The notes beneath the pieces were generated by a model, which worked only from the letters and a program-made list of their open reading frames with translations, made no database searches and was not told where the DNA came from. Position numbers and translations under genes: made by a program. A stretch of DNA of 64,000 nt from Bosea vestrisii (GTDB lineage Bacteria > Pseudomonadota > Alphaproteobacteria > Rhizobiales > Beijerinckiaceae): contig NZ_CP126307.1 in NCBI RefSeq assembly GCF_030144325.1, forward strand, positions 459,748 to 523,747. The letters run 5' to 3'. Below, in pieces: positions 35,707-44,960 of this stretch. The stretch's first letter is position 1. The number at the start of each line of letters is the position of its first letter.

Positions 35707-37470
35707 ATGCTCGAGATGCGCAAGGACCTGTTCGCCGACGAGCGCGACGACAATCTCAACGTCGTCGGCAAAGGCGTGCAGCGCCAGGATATGCCCGGCC
35801 ATGTCACGGCACGCACCCGCTTCTTCGACGACCACGCCTTCGACGGCATGCTGCATCTCAAGGTGGTACGCAGCCCGCATCATCATGCCCGCATTCGTTC
35901 GATCGACGTCTCGGCCGCCGAGCGTGCACCCGGCGTCAAGCGTGTGCTGCGCGGCGCCGATGTGCCCGTGAACAAGAACACGCTGCTCAGCCTGATCAAT
36001 TTCGGCAAGGACGACGAGCCTTCGCTGGCGGTGAACAAGGTCTGCTACAAGGGCGAGCCGGTCGTGGCGATCCTCGCCGACAGCGAGGCGCAGGCGCAGG
36101 CCGCCTGCAAACTCGTCCGGATCGACTACGATCCGCTGCCGGCGGTGTTCGACGTCGAGGAGACTCTGAAAGCCGGCGCGCCGGTGGTCAACGAGACCTA
36201 TCCCGGCAACTACTTCGAATATCACGAGCGCTTCGACCATCAGAAGCTGCGCTTCGGCGATGTCGAGCGCGGTTTTTCCGGCGCCGACATCGTGATGGAG
36301 CATCGCTACCAGATGTCCCCGATCGAGCATGCGCCGACCGAGACCAATGGCTCGATCGCCGCGCCCGAGCAGAATGGCCGCTTCGTCGTGCACTCCTGCG
36401 CCCAGGGCCTGTTCTTCGCGCTGGGAACGACTGCCAAGATCGTCAATGTCGAGTCGAACCAGCTGCATTTCATCGGCGGCACCGTTGGTGGCGGCTTCGG
36501 CGGCAAGGTCGACTCCCTGACCGAGCCGCTCGCCGTGCTCGGCGCCATGCTGACCGGCCGGCCGGTGCGCTTCGTCCTCGATCGCGAGGAGGAGATGCTC
36601 TACGGCTCGCCGCGCGGCGCCGAGCGCATCTACATCAAGGACGGATTGATGCGCGACGGGCGGATCGTCGCCCGCCATATCCGCAGCTATTTCGACGCCG
36701 GCGCCTATACTCGCCTGTCGAGCTACGCGGCGATCAAATGCACGGCGCATGTGCCGGGACCGTACTGGATCCCGAACGTCACCTCCGACATCTATGTCGC
36801 CTATACCAATCGCTGCCCGTCTACCGCCATGCGCGGCTTCGGCGTCACCGCGGTCGATTTCGCGCTCGAGGTCCAGATGGATCGCCTTGCCGAAGCCGCG
36901 AACATGGACCCGATGGAGCTGCGCATCCTCAACGCCTATCGCGATGGCGATATGAAACCGCATCGGCGCGCCGCCAAGAACACGGCGCTGGTCGAATGCG
37001 TGCAGGTCGCGGCCGGGAAGGCGAACTGGCCACTATCCGAGCAGGCGAAGCGGGCGTCCTCGCTGATCGGCGGCGGCGCCGGCGAGCGCGCGCAGATCCC
37101 GGCGACCCAGCTCGACGCCCGCGGCCAGATCGGCCGGCCCGACACGCGCAGCGGGCCCGTGACGCAGGTTCTGCCCGCCGGCACGACCCGGATCGCGCCG
37201 AGCAAGCAGCCGGTGATGGAAGGCGCTCGCGACGGGCGCGCGACGCCGACGCAGGTGCCGCGCTACGAGCCGCCACGGCCAGCGACCGGGGTACCGCCTT
37301 CCCCCTATCAGCCAGCGCCGCCGCCATCCTACCAGCCGGCCGGTTCGCATCCGGCACCGCCCGCCTACCAGCCGCCGCCCGCTCCCGCTGCCCCGCCGCC
37401 GGCTGCGCCGGCGCAGACGCAGCACGGCGCGGTGCGGTTCTCTTCCGTCTTCGGCACGAGGAGGCGCTGA
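35707..37470 (+). CDS. Xanthine dehydrogenase family molybdopterin-binding subunit, N-terminal two-thirds (CoxL-like), with C-terminal Pro/Gln-rich tail
   Basis: Ald_Xan_dh_C hammerhead plus the start of the MoCo domain (...HLKVVRSPHHHARIRSIDVS..., ...YVAYTNRCPSTAMRGFGVT..., resembling the XDH PSNTAFRGFG loop). Ends with ...PSPYQPAPPPSYQPAGSHPAPPAYQPPPAPAAPPP... before the stop. Confidence 0.8.
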   Translation: MLEMRKDLFADERDDNLNVVGKGVQRQDMPGHVTARTRFFDDHAFDGMLHLKVVRSPHHHARIRSIDVSAAERAPGVKRVLRGADVPVNKNTLLSLINFGKDDEPSLAVNKVCYKGEPVVAILADSEAQAQAACKLVRIDYDPLPAVFDVEETLKAGAPVVNETYPGNYFEYHERFDHQKLRFGDVERGFSGADIVMEHRYQMSPIEHAPTETNGSIAAPEQNGRFVVHSCAQGLFFALGTTAKIVNVESNQLHFIGGTVGGGFGGKVDSLTEPLAVLGAMLTGRPVRFVLDREEEMLYGSPRGAERIYIKDGLMRDGRIVARHIRSYFDAGAYTRLSSYAAIKCTAHVPGPYWIPNVTSDIYVAYTNRCPSTAMRGFGVTAVDFALEVQMDRLAEAANMDPMELRILNAYRDGDMKPHRRAAKNTALVECVQVAAGKANWPLSEQAKRASSLIGGGAGERAQIPATQLDARGQIGRPDTRSGPVTQVLPAGTTRIAPSKQPVMEGARDGRATPTQVPRYEPPRPATGVPPSPYQPAPPPSYQPAGSHPAPPAYQPPPAPAAPPPAAPAQTQHGAVRFSSVFGTRRR

Positions 37471-37471
37471 C

Positions 37472-38515
37472 ATGGCCCGTCACGAAGGCAGGGGCATGGC
37501 CTCGGTCAACTACCCGATCGGCATGAATCTCGGCGGCGATCCGAGCCAGGCCCTGATCCACTCCAACCCGGACGGCAAATTCACCGTCGCGCTCTCGGCG
37601 ATCGATCTCGGCCAGGGCATGAAGCAGGTCTCGCGCCAGATCGCGGCCGAGACGCTCGGCGTTCCCGTCGAGGACGTCTATGTCGACACCGCCGACAGCG
37701 ACACCGGCCCGCACGACATGGGCTCCTTCGCCTCGCGCGGCACCCATCGCATGGGCAACGCCATCATCGTCGCCGCCCGCGAGGCGCGCGGCGTGCTGCT
37801 CGAAGCCGCAGCCGAGGAGCTCGAGGTCAACGCCGCCGACCTCGTCACCGACGGGCTCGGCAACATCCATGTCCGCGGCGCGCCCTCGCGCAGCATCACG
37901 GTCAAGGCGACGGCGCAGGCGGCGCAGTTCAAGCAGGGCAAGACCATCGCCGGGCGCGGCATCTTCCTGATTCCGCTCTCGGCCGTCGATGCCGAGACCG
38001 GCGAGATGAACCCGAACACCGCCTTCGCCCATGCCTGCCTCGTCGCCGATGTCGCCGTCGATGACGAGACCGGCGAGGTCGAGGTGCTCAGGATGACCAG
38101 CGCCTACGAGCTCGGCCGCGTCATCAACCCGCGCATGGTCGAGCAGCAGCTCGTCGGCGGCGCCTGGATGGGGATCAGCCACGCGCTCTATGAGACGCCG
38201 GAGCCGTACTATCCCAATCCCGAGCACGGCCCGCGCGACTTCAACGAATATTTGATGCCGGGACCGGGCGACATCGCGCCCTATCACGTCACCGTGCTGG
38301 AGCGACCGGCGCCGGACGGCCCGTTTGGCGGCAAGGGCCCGGGCGAGATGTGCGCCAATCCGGTGCTGCCGGCGGTCGCCAATGCCGTCTACAACGCCAT
38401 CGGCGTCCGGGTCGACGAATTGCCGATCACGCCGGAGAAGATCCTGCGGGCTATCCGGGCCAATGGCGGCGTCAAACCGGGGCCTCGTCGCGGCGGCCCG
38501 GTGAACTGGCGGTGA
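37472..38515 (+). CDS. Xanthine dehydrogenase family molybdopterin-binding subunit, C-terminal third (separate ORF)
   Basis: Starts 1 nt after the previous stop, in the +1 frame, with an AGGAGG SD 7 nt upstream. ...ALSAIDLGQGMKQVSRQIAAETLGVPVEDVYVDTADSDTGPHDMGSFASRGT... and ...YELGRVINPRMVEQQLVGGAWMGISHAL... complete the MoCo domain. Confidence 0.75.
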   Translation: MARHEGRGMASVNYPIGMNLGGDPSQALIHSNPDGKFTVALSAIDLGQGMKQVSRQIAAETLGVPVEDVYVDTADSDTGPHDMGSFASRGTHRMGNAIIVAAREARGVLLEAAAEELEVNAADLVTDGLGNIHVRGAPSRSITVKATAQAAQFKQGKTIAGRGIFLIPLSAVDAETGEMNPNTAFAHACLVADVAVDDETGEVEVLRMTSAYELGRVINPRMVEQQLVGGAWMGISHALYETPEPYYPNPEHGPRDFNEYLMPGPGDIAPYHVTVLERPAPDGPFGGKGPGEMCANPVLPAVANAVYNAIGVRVDELPITPEKILRAIRANGGVKPGPRRGGPVNWR

Positions 38516-38519
38516 CGGC

Positions 38520-39404
38520 ATGGCGCTGAGGACGACCGTCGCTGGCATTTCGAGCCCGGAGGACCTCGCCGAGGCCCTGCAGGCGGCGATGTATCTCGCC
38601 GATGACGGCATCGCCACGGCCGGCTACCTCTCGCTCGCGCTCGGCAAGCCGCTGCTGCTCGAAGGCGCGCCCGGCGTCGGCAAGACCGAGGCGGCGAAAG
38701 CGCTCGCCGGCATTCTCGGGCGCCAGCTCATTCGTCTCCAGTGTTTCGAAGGCATCGACGCGGCGGCTGCCCTCTATGAGTGGAACTATCCGCGCCAGAT
38801 GCTCGCCATCCGCCAGGCGAAGGAAGGCGAGCAGCTCGACATCTACCGCGACGACTTCCTGATTGAGCGGCCGATGCTGACGACGCTACGGCGGCCGGAA
38901 TCGACCGTGCTGCTGATCGACGAGATCGACCGCTCCGACCATGAATTCGAGGCCTTCCTGCTCGAATTCCTCTCGGATTTCTCGATCTCGATCCCCGAGC
39001 GCGGCACGTTGCGCGCCGCCGAGCGGCCGGTCGTGATCCTGACCTCGAACCGGACGCGCGAGCTGCACGAGGCGCTCAGGCGCCGCTGCGTCTACCACTA
39101 TATCGCCTATCCCGAGCCGGAGCGCGAGGCGCAGATCATCATGCTGCGCTCCTCCGCCGTCGCCGAGAGCACGGCGCGGGCCGTCGTCCAGGCCGTCGGA
39201 TTGTTGCGGCAGGAGCCGCTCGCCAAGCCACCGGGCGTCGCCGAGGCAGTCGACTGGGCCGAGGCCGCGACGGCGCTCGCGCAGACCGGCGCACCCTGGC
39301 CGGAGGCCTTCCGCCGCTCGCTCGGCGCCGCGATCAAGGACGAGGAAGACCTCGTCCATCTGCGGCCGCGCCTGCCGCTCTTCATCCCGGGGCTGGCGGC
39401 ATGA
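38520..39404 (+). CDS. MoxR family AAA+ ATPase (CoxD-like)
   Basis: Walker A LLEGAPGVGKTEAAKALA and Walker B VLLIDEIDRSD, with the AAA_5 layout. Confidence 0.85.
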   Translation: MALRTTVAGISSPEDLAEALQAAMYLADDGIATAGYLSLALGKPLLLEGAPGVGKTEAAKALAGILGRQLIRLQCFEGIDAAAALYEWNYPRQMLAIRQAKEGEQLDIYRDDFLIERPMLTTLRRPESTVLLIDEIDRSDHEFEAFLLEFLSDFSISIPERGTLRAAERPVVILTSNRTRELHEALRRRCVYHYIAYPEPEREAQIIMLRSSAVAESTARAVVQAVGLLRQEPLAKPPGVAEAVDWAEAATALAQTGAPWPEAFRRSLGAAIKDEEDLVHLRPRLPLFIPGLAA

Positions 39405-39713
39405 GGATTTCAACGTCATTGCGAGCGAAGCGAAGCAATCAAGGGGGACGTGGAGCCCTGCCGCCCCCGGATTGCTTCATCGCTTCGCGCCTCGCAATGA
39501 CGGACGCTGCAAACGCGTTCCCTTCCCCCTTGTGGGGAAGGGTTAGGGATGGGGGCGAACGACCGGGTACAAGACAACTCGTAAAAGCGGATCTGTCTAT
39601 TTCCCAGCGAATTTGCCCCGACTTTCCGCCCCCCACCCCTGCCCCTCCCCACAAGGGGGAGGGGTTCTCCGCGCCTCTCCGCCTTTCGCAAATGGAGAAA
39701 GGAGGTACGCGCC
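39405..39713. repeat. Cluster of palindromic REP/MITE-like repeats between the MoxR and VWA genes
   Basis: Inverted pair TCATTGCGAGCGAAGCGAAGCAATC ... GATTGCTTCATCGCTTCGCGCCTCGCAATGA, plus two G/C palindromes CCTTCCCC-TTGT-GGGGAAGG and CCCCTCCCC-ACAA-GGGGGAGGGG. Spurious translations read SLRAKRSNQ...DCFIASRLAMTD...PSPLWGRV, which I recall as typical of known alphaproteobacterial repeat families. Confidence 0.5.
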
Positions 39714-40829
39714 ATGATCGCGCCACTCCCCGCCGCCATCAGGCTCTTCGTCGCCTTCCCGGCGCTGCTGCGCGAGCACGGTATCGCGGCTGCCCCAGAG
39801 CAGGCGACCAGCTTTTTGATGGCGATCAAGCTGCTCGGTCCGCGCAGCATCGCTGATATCCGCAAGGCGGCGATCGCGACGCTTAGCCCCCATCCCGAAC
39901 AGCGCGAACGCTTCGACGCGCTGTTCGACATGCATTTCCTCGGTGGCGCATTCGCCGAACCAGGCGATGACGACTTCGCCCCTGACGAGGACATCTCCGT
40001 CCAGGAGGACACCGGCTCGCGCGAGGTGCTGATCGGCGAGGAAGCCAACGAGACCGGCCAGGTCGCGACCGGCGCCGAGGCCCTGTCGATCCGGCAGCTG
40101 AAGACGCTCGACGACAGCGAGACCTTGCGCCGTTTCGGCCGGGCGCTGCCGGCCGCCCTGCCCCGCCGCCGCGGCTATCGTCATCGCACGGCGCGGCGCG
40201 GACCGATGGTCGACCTCGCCCGCAGCCTCAAGGACGCGATCCGTCATGACGGCGAGGTGATGAGCCTGAAGCGGCTCCGGCGGGTGACGCGGCCGCGACC
40301 GATCCTGCTGCTGATCGATGTCTCAGGCTCGATGAAGCAGCGCAGCGACGCCAATCTCGCGCTGGCGCATACGATCGTGCAAGCGACGCAGCGGGTCGAG
40401 GTCTTCACCTTCGGTACCCGCCTCACCCGCGTCACGCGGGCGCTGCGGCGCAAGCGGCGCGAGCAGGCGCTGGCCGAAGCCTCCGGCCTCGTCGCCGACT
40501 GGGATGGCGGCACGCGCATCGGCGATGCGCTGCAGGCCTTCCTCGCCGTGCCCCGCTTCGCGCCCTACGCCCGTGGCGCGGTCGTCGTCGTGCTTTCGGA
40601 TGGTCTCGAACGCGGCGATCCATCGGCTCTGGTCGGCGCCGTCGCTCGGCTGGCACAGCGCGCCCATCGCATCGACTGGCTGACGCCGCTCGCCGCCGAT
40701 CCCGGCTACCGGCCCGAGACCGAAGCGCTTCGGCTGATCGCGCCGCGCCTCGCCAGCCTCTCGGATGGCGCCAGCACGGCGCGGATTTGCCGGCACATCC
40801 TGTCACTCGGAGGCTCGCTAGCCGCATGA
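39714..40829 (+). CDS. VWA domain-containing protein (CoxE-like)
   Basis: ...RPILLLIDVSGSMKQRSDANLALAHTIV... (MIDAS DxSxS) sits in the C-terminal half. This is the typical partner of a MoxR ATPase in cox/xdh clusters. Confidence 0.8.
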   Translation: MIAPLPAAIRLFVAFPALLREHGIAAAPEQATSFLMAIKLLGPRSIADIRKAAIATLSPHPEQRERFDALFDMHFLGGAFAEPGDDDFAPDEDISVQEDTGSREVLIGEEANETGQVATGAEALSIRQLKTLDDSETLRRFGRALPAALPRRRGYRHRTARRGPMVDLARSLKDAIRHDGEVMSLKRLRRVTRPRPILLLIDVSGSMKQRSDANLALAHTIVQATQRVEVFTFGTRLTRVTRALRRKRREQALAEASGLVADWDGGTRIGDALQAFLAVPRFAPYARGAVVVVLSDGLERGDPSALVGAVARLAQRAHRIDWLTPLAADPGYRPETEALRLIAPRLASLSDGASTARICRHILSLGGSLAA

Positions 40830-41707
40830 TCGGCATCATCGATTCCCATTTCCACATCTGGCGGCAGGCCGACCTGCCTTGGCTGCTCGGCCCGATGCAA
40901 CCGCGCATCTTCGGGCCTTACGAGCCGATCCGGCGCGATTACCCGATCACCGAATATCTCGGCGATTGCCGCCCGGCAGGCGTGACCGAAGCCGTCTATG
41001 TCCAGGCCAATTGGGCGGTCGAGCGCTATCTCGACGAGGTGACTTACGTCTCGCAGGCCTCGGAGGAAGCCGGTTTCCCGATCGCCATCGTCGCCTATGC
41101 CGACATGCTCGCCGGCGATGTCCGCCCACAGCTCGACCAGCTTGCGCGCAACGCCCGTGTGCGCGGCGTGCGCATGCAATTGCACTGGCACGAGAACACG
41201 CTCTACCGCTTCGCCAGCGGGCCTGACCTCGCGCGCGATCCGCGGCTGATCGCCAATGTCGGGCGGCTGGCGGAGTACGGCTTCAGCTTCGACCTCCAGG
41301 TCTTCGCCGGTCAGATGGCGGGCGCCGCCGAGCTCGCCGCCGCCTGCCCGGGCGTGACCTTCGTGCTCCAGCATGCCGGCATGCTGGAGAACCTTTCCCC
41401 AGAAGGCATCGCCGCCTGGCAAGCGGGCATGAATCTGCTCGCAGGCCAGCCCAACATCGCCAGCAAGCTGTCGGGTCTCGGCACTTTCCTCCGCCGCAAC
41501 GATCCCGAGACAATTGCCTTCATCGCCGGCGAGACGCTCAGCCTGTTCGGCGCCGCGCGCTGCCTGTTCGGCTCCAATTTCCCGATCGAGAAGCTCTGGA
41601 CGACCTACGCCGAGCTGATCGAGGCGCATCGCGCCGCCGTGCCCGAAACGGCGCAGGCCGCCGTGTTCAATGAGACTGCAAGGCGGGTCTACCGCCTCGA
41701 CCAATAA
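40826..41707 (+). CDS. Amidohydrolase family protein (amidohydrolase-2/PF04909-like TIM-barrel metal-dependent hydrolase)
   Basis: MIGIIDSHFHIW... (HxH metal site at the N-terminus), ...VLQHAGM... and ...LFGSNFP... follow the LigI/ACMSD-like pattern. ATGA overlap with the VWA gene. Confidence 0.75.
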   Translation: MIGIIDSHFHIWRQADLPWLLGPMQPRIFGPYEPIRRDYPITEYLGDCRPAGVTEAVYVQANWAVERYLDEVTYVSQASEEAGFPIAIVAYADMLAGDVRPQLDQLARNARVRGVRMQLHWHENTLYRFASGPDLARDPRLIANVGRLAEYGFSFDLQVFAGQMAGAAELAAACPGVTFVLQHAGMLENLSPEGIAAWQAGMNLLAGQPNIASKLSGLGTFLRRNDPETIAFIAGETLSLFGAARCLFGSNFPIEKLWTTYAELIEAHRAAVPETAQAAVFNETARRVYRLDQ

Positions 41708-41724
41708 TCAAGGGGAGGACGTTC

Positions 41725-42573
41725 ATGGCCCTCGAAATCAAGATCCTCGACTATGGCGATATCGAGCTGGAATCGAGCTTCCTCGTTCTCGGCCGCGATT
41801 GCGGCCGCACAAGGCGCGTGCCGACCTATGGCTTCCTGATCCTCGGCGGTCCCTGGCCGGTCGTGGTCGATACCGGCTACCGCCACAACCAGATCATGGA
41901 GAGCCTCGGTATGCGCGGCCTCCAGTTCCATGAAAACATGATCGAGAACCAGCTCTCGAGGCACGGCGTGCGGATGGGCGATGTGCGCTATGTCATGCAC
42001 ACCCATCTCCATATCGACCATGCCGGCAAGGACGAGCTCTTCCCGATGAACACCACGGTGCTCGTCAACCGGCGCGAGCTCGAATACTCCGTCTCCGGGC
42101 TGATGCACCCGCAATATCCGGCGCCCGACATCAAGCACCTGATCGACCGGCTCCATACGCGCGACGCGCTGCGCTTCGAGGATCTCGAACTCTCGGGGAT
42201 GATCGAGCTCTTCCCCGGCTGCTATCTCGAAGCCGCCGGCGCCCACACCGAAGGCTCGATGAACGTCCATGTCGACACCAATGAGGGCCGCGCCATCATC
42301 TGCGGCGACGTGATCTACGACTTCAACGACCAGATCGTCACGCCCTTCCACGAGCTCCACGCCAACGAGCCGCGCACCACCGGCAATCACGGTGTCTCCA
42401 AGCGCGAGGAGAAGGCGGCGATCAAGAAGCTGCTCTCGGCCGGTGCGTTCCTGCTGCCGGTGCACGACAAGCCGGCCAAGATCGCCCATGGCCAGGTCGT
42501 CGGCCGCATGGACATGGCCGTGCCCGGCCCGGTGGTGCAGTCGCTGCCGGCGCGAAACTGGTTCGCGGCCTGA
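41725..42573 (+). CDS. MBL-fold metallo-hydrolase (N-acyl homoserine lactonase/AttM-AiiB-like)
   Basis: HTHLHIDHAG (HxHxDH) plus downstream His/Asp ligands (...GAHTEGSMNVHVD..., ...CGDVIYDF...). Confidence 0.8.
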   Translation: MALEIKILDYGDIELESSFLVLGRDCGRTRRVPTYGFLILGGPWPVVVDTGYRHNQIMESLGMRGLQFHENMIENQLSRHGVRMGDVRYVMHTHLHIDHAGKDELFPMNTTVLVNRRELEYSVSGLMHPQYPAPDIKHLIDRLHTRDALRFEDLELSGMIELFPGCYLEAAGAHTEGSMNVHVDTNEGRAIICGDVIYDFNDQIVTPFHELHANEPRTTGNHGVSKREEKAAIKKLLSAGAFLLPVHDKPAKIAHGQVVGRMDMAVPGPVVQSLPARNWFAA

Positions 42574-42587
42574 CGGGGCCCGCCAGC

Positions 42588-44204
42588 ATGACCACGCATC
42601 TCGCCGTCCAGCCCGGCTTCGCCGACCTGATCGACCTCTGGGCGCCGGTGCGCCAGCTCGGCACGGGCTTCGAGTTCGGCGAGGGCCCAATCTGGCATCC
42701 GCACGAGCAGCACCTGCTGTTCTCGGACATGCCGGGCGATGTCCGCCGCCGCTGGGACAAAAGCGGCGTCCGCGAGGTCAGGCGGCCGGCGAACAAGTGC
42801 AACGGCATGACCTATGACGCCGCGCTCGACCTCATCGTCTGCGAGCACGCGACCTCGGCGCTGGTGCGCGAGCGGCCGGACGGGCAGCACGAGACCATCG
42901 CCTCGCATTTCGAGGGCATGGAGCTCAACAGCCCCAACGACGTCGTCGTGAAGTCGGACGGGGCGATCTATTTTTCCGATCCCTGGTATGGCCGCATGCC
43001 GGTCTTTGGCGTCGAGCGGCCGCGCCAGCTCGGCTTTCAGGGGGTCTACCGCGTTCCGCCAGAGGGTGGAGCGCCGCAGCCCCTGGTCGACCGCTATCTC
43101 TTCGACCAGCCAAACGGGCTCTGCTTCTGCCCGAGCGAGGACCGGCTCTTCGTCAACGACACCGTCCAGCACAATATCCGCGTCTTCGACGTCAAGCCGG
43201 ATGGCCGGCTCGGCCCCGGCCGCATCTTCGCCTCCGGCATCGTCGGCTCCGAGCCCGGCGTCCCCGACGGGATGAAATGCGATGCGCAGGGCAATATCTG
43301 GGTCACCGGACCGGGCGGCGTCTGGGTCTATTCGATCAAGGGCGAGCTGATCGGCAAGCTGCGCGTGCCCGAGCTCGTCGGCAACCTCACCTGGGGCGGG
43401 GCGGACTGGCGCACGCTCTTCCTCACCGCGAGCCATTCGCTCTACGCTGTCGAGACCAAGGTCGGGCCGCGCCGTGAGCCCTACATGAAGGCGGCCGCCC
43501 AGCAACTGGGCCGCAGCGCCGCGGCGGAGCGCCCACTCGCCGACGCCAGCCCCGCTGCCTCCGTCTCGGCAAACGGCACGAAGAAGGCCGCATCCGGCTA
43601 CCGGCTCGATCCGTCGCGCTGCGCCCTGATCATCCAGGACATGCAGAACGACGTCGTCATGGAGGGCGGCGCCTTTGCCAGCTCGGGCTCGCCGGAGCAT
43701 TGCCGGCAGCAGAACGCGATCGCCAATGGCGCGCGGCTGGCGCAGGTGGCGCGGGCGCGCGGCATTCCGGTGATCCATGTCTGGTTTGTCGTCGAGGCCG
43801 GCGCGCCCGGCGTCACCATGAACGCGCCATTGTTCGAAGGCCTGGCCGATGCCAAGGCGCTGGTGCGCGGCAGTTGGGGCGCAGCGCCCGTGCCGGGCCT
43901 CGAGGCGCAGAGCGGCGACCATATCGTCGAGAAGCAGCGCATGAGCGCCTGGGAAGGCACGCGGCTCGAAACCGTACTCAAGGCGCGCGGCCGCGACATC
44001 GTCATCGTCACCGGTGCCTGGACCAACATGTCGATCGAGCACACCGCCCGCACCGGCGCCGACAAAGGCTATTTCATGGTGGTGCCGGAGGATGCCTGCT
44101 CGACGATGAACGCCGAATGGCACACCGCGTCTGTCAACTACGCGCTGCAGAATGTCGGCGTCGTCACCGATGTCGACGCCGTCATCGCCGCGACCGGTGC
44201 GTGA
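42588..44204 (+). CDS. Two-domain protein: SMP-30/gluconolactonase/LRE-like beta-propeller (aa 1-~300) fused to isochorismatase-family cysteine hydrolase (aa ~345-538)
   Basis: N-terminal ...GFEFGEGPIWHPHEQHLLFSDMPGDVRRRWDKSG...GMELNSPNDVVVKSDGAIYFSDPWYG...PNGLCFCPSEDRLFVNDT...DGMKCDAQGNIWVT... (SGL, PF08450). C-terminal ...ALIIQDMQNDVV...IPVIHVWFVVEAG...IVIVTGAWTNMSIEHTARTGADKGYFMVVPEDACS... is the isochorismatase fold with a catalytic Cys. No stop separates the two domains. Confidence 0.7.
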   Translation: MTTHLAVQPGFADLIDLWAPVRQLGTGFEFGEGPIWHPHEQHLLFSDMPGDVRRRWDKSGVREVRRPANKCNGMTYDAALDLIVCEHATSALVRERPDGQHETIASHFEGMELNSPNDVVVKSDGAIYFSDPWYGRMPVFGVERPRQLGFQGVYRVPPEGGAPQPLVDRYLFDQPNGLCFCPSEDRLFVNDTVQHNIRVFDVKPDGRLGPGRIFASGIVGSEPGVPDGMKCDAQGNIWVTGPGGVWVYSIKGELIGKLRVPELVGNLTWGGADWRTLFLTASHSLYAVETKVGPRREPYMKAAAQQLGRSAAAERPLADASPAASVSANGTKKAASGYRLDPSRCALIIQDMQNDVVMEGGAFASSGSPEHCRQQNAIANGARLAQVARARGIPVIHVWFVVEAGAPGVTMNAPLFEGLADAKALVRGSWGAAPVPGLEAQSGDHIVEKQRMSAWEGTRLETVLKARGRDIVIVTGAWTNMSIEHTARTGADKGYFMVVPEDACSTMNAEWHTASVNYALQNVGVVTDVDAVIAATGA

Positions 44205-44303
44205 GCGCTCAAGCGTCGCATGACCGGCAGTGCGGAACTCGGGCCGTGTGATGGCGCGCCCGGCATGGTCTCCGCACCGATCGGACAAGACCGGCCTCGC
44301 GCA

Positions 44304-44960
44304 TCAGCCGATGCGCATGGACAATTCGACGTCCTCGGCAAAGGGGACGGACAGGTAGCCGCTGCCGGGTGCGCGCACCCGCTGCAAGTATTCCGGGCAG
44401 TCATCGGCGTTGTCCGCGACGACGAGCGAACCAGGACGGAGGGCGCCCTCCACCAGGTCGAGGACATCAGGGTAAAGCGACTTGGCGCCGTCCAGCAGCA
44501 GCAGATCGATCGTTTCAGGAAGACCTGCACCGAGCGTCTTCAGCGCATCGCCCTGCCTGATCTCGACGAGGTCGGCGAGGCCGCCGGCGTTGAGGTGCTC
44601 GCGAGCCCGCGCCACCTTGGCGGGCTCGAACTCGGTGGTGATCAATCGTCCGCCGCCATTGTCCCGCAGGGCCGCGGCGAGGTGCAGGGTAGAGATGCCG
44701 AAGGAGGTGCCGAACTCGACGATCGTCCGGGCCCGGCTGCTGCGCGCCAGCATGTAGAGCAACACGCCCGTCTCCCGCGAAACCGGAAGCCAGAGATCCT
44801 TCAGGCGGCCATAGAGGTCGAGATACTCGGTCTTGCTGCGCATCAGGCGCTCGCGTTCCTCGCGAGAGAAGTCCGGAAGCGCAGGGCTGGGAGCCGCGCT
44901 CGCCTGCTCGAAAAGGTGGTCCAGAAGAGGCGCGAGCGGCGCCGTTGCCAGGGTCGTCAT
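44304..44960 (-). CDS. Class I SAM-dependent O-methyltransferase (family 3, caffeoyl-CoA OMT-like)
   Basis: ...RTIVEFGTSFGISTLHLAAAL... (SAM motif I), ...LLLLDGAKSLYPDVLDL..., ...GSLVVADN... Confidence 0.8.
   Translation of the reverse strand: MTTLATAPLAPLLDHLFEQASAAPSPALPDFSREERERLMRSKTEYLDLYGRLKDLWLPVSRETGVLLYMLARSSRARTIVEFGTSFGISTLHLAAALRDNGGGRLITTEFEPAKVARAREHLNAGGLADLVEIRQGDALKTLGAGLPETIDLLLLDGAKSLYPDVLDLVEGALRPGSLVVADNADDCPEYLQRVRAPGSGYLSVPFAEDVELSMRIG

Noticed and set aside
35629-36963. 444-aa minus ORF across the MoCo large-subunit gene
   Set aside because: It is antisense to a strongly conserved molybdopterin-binding subunit.
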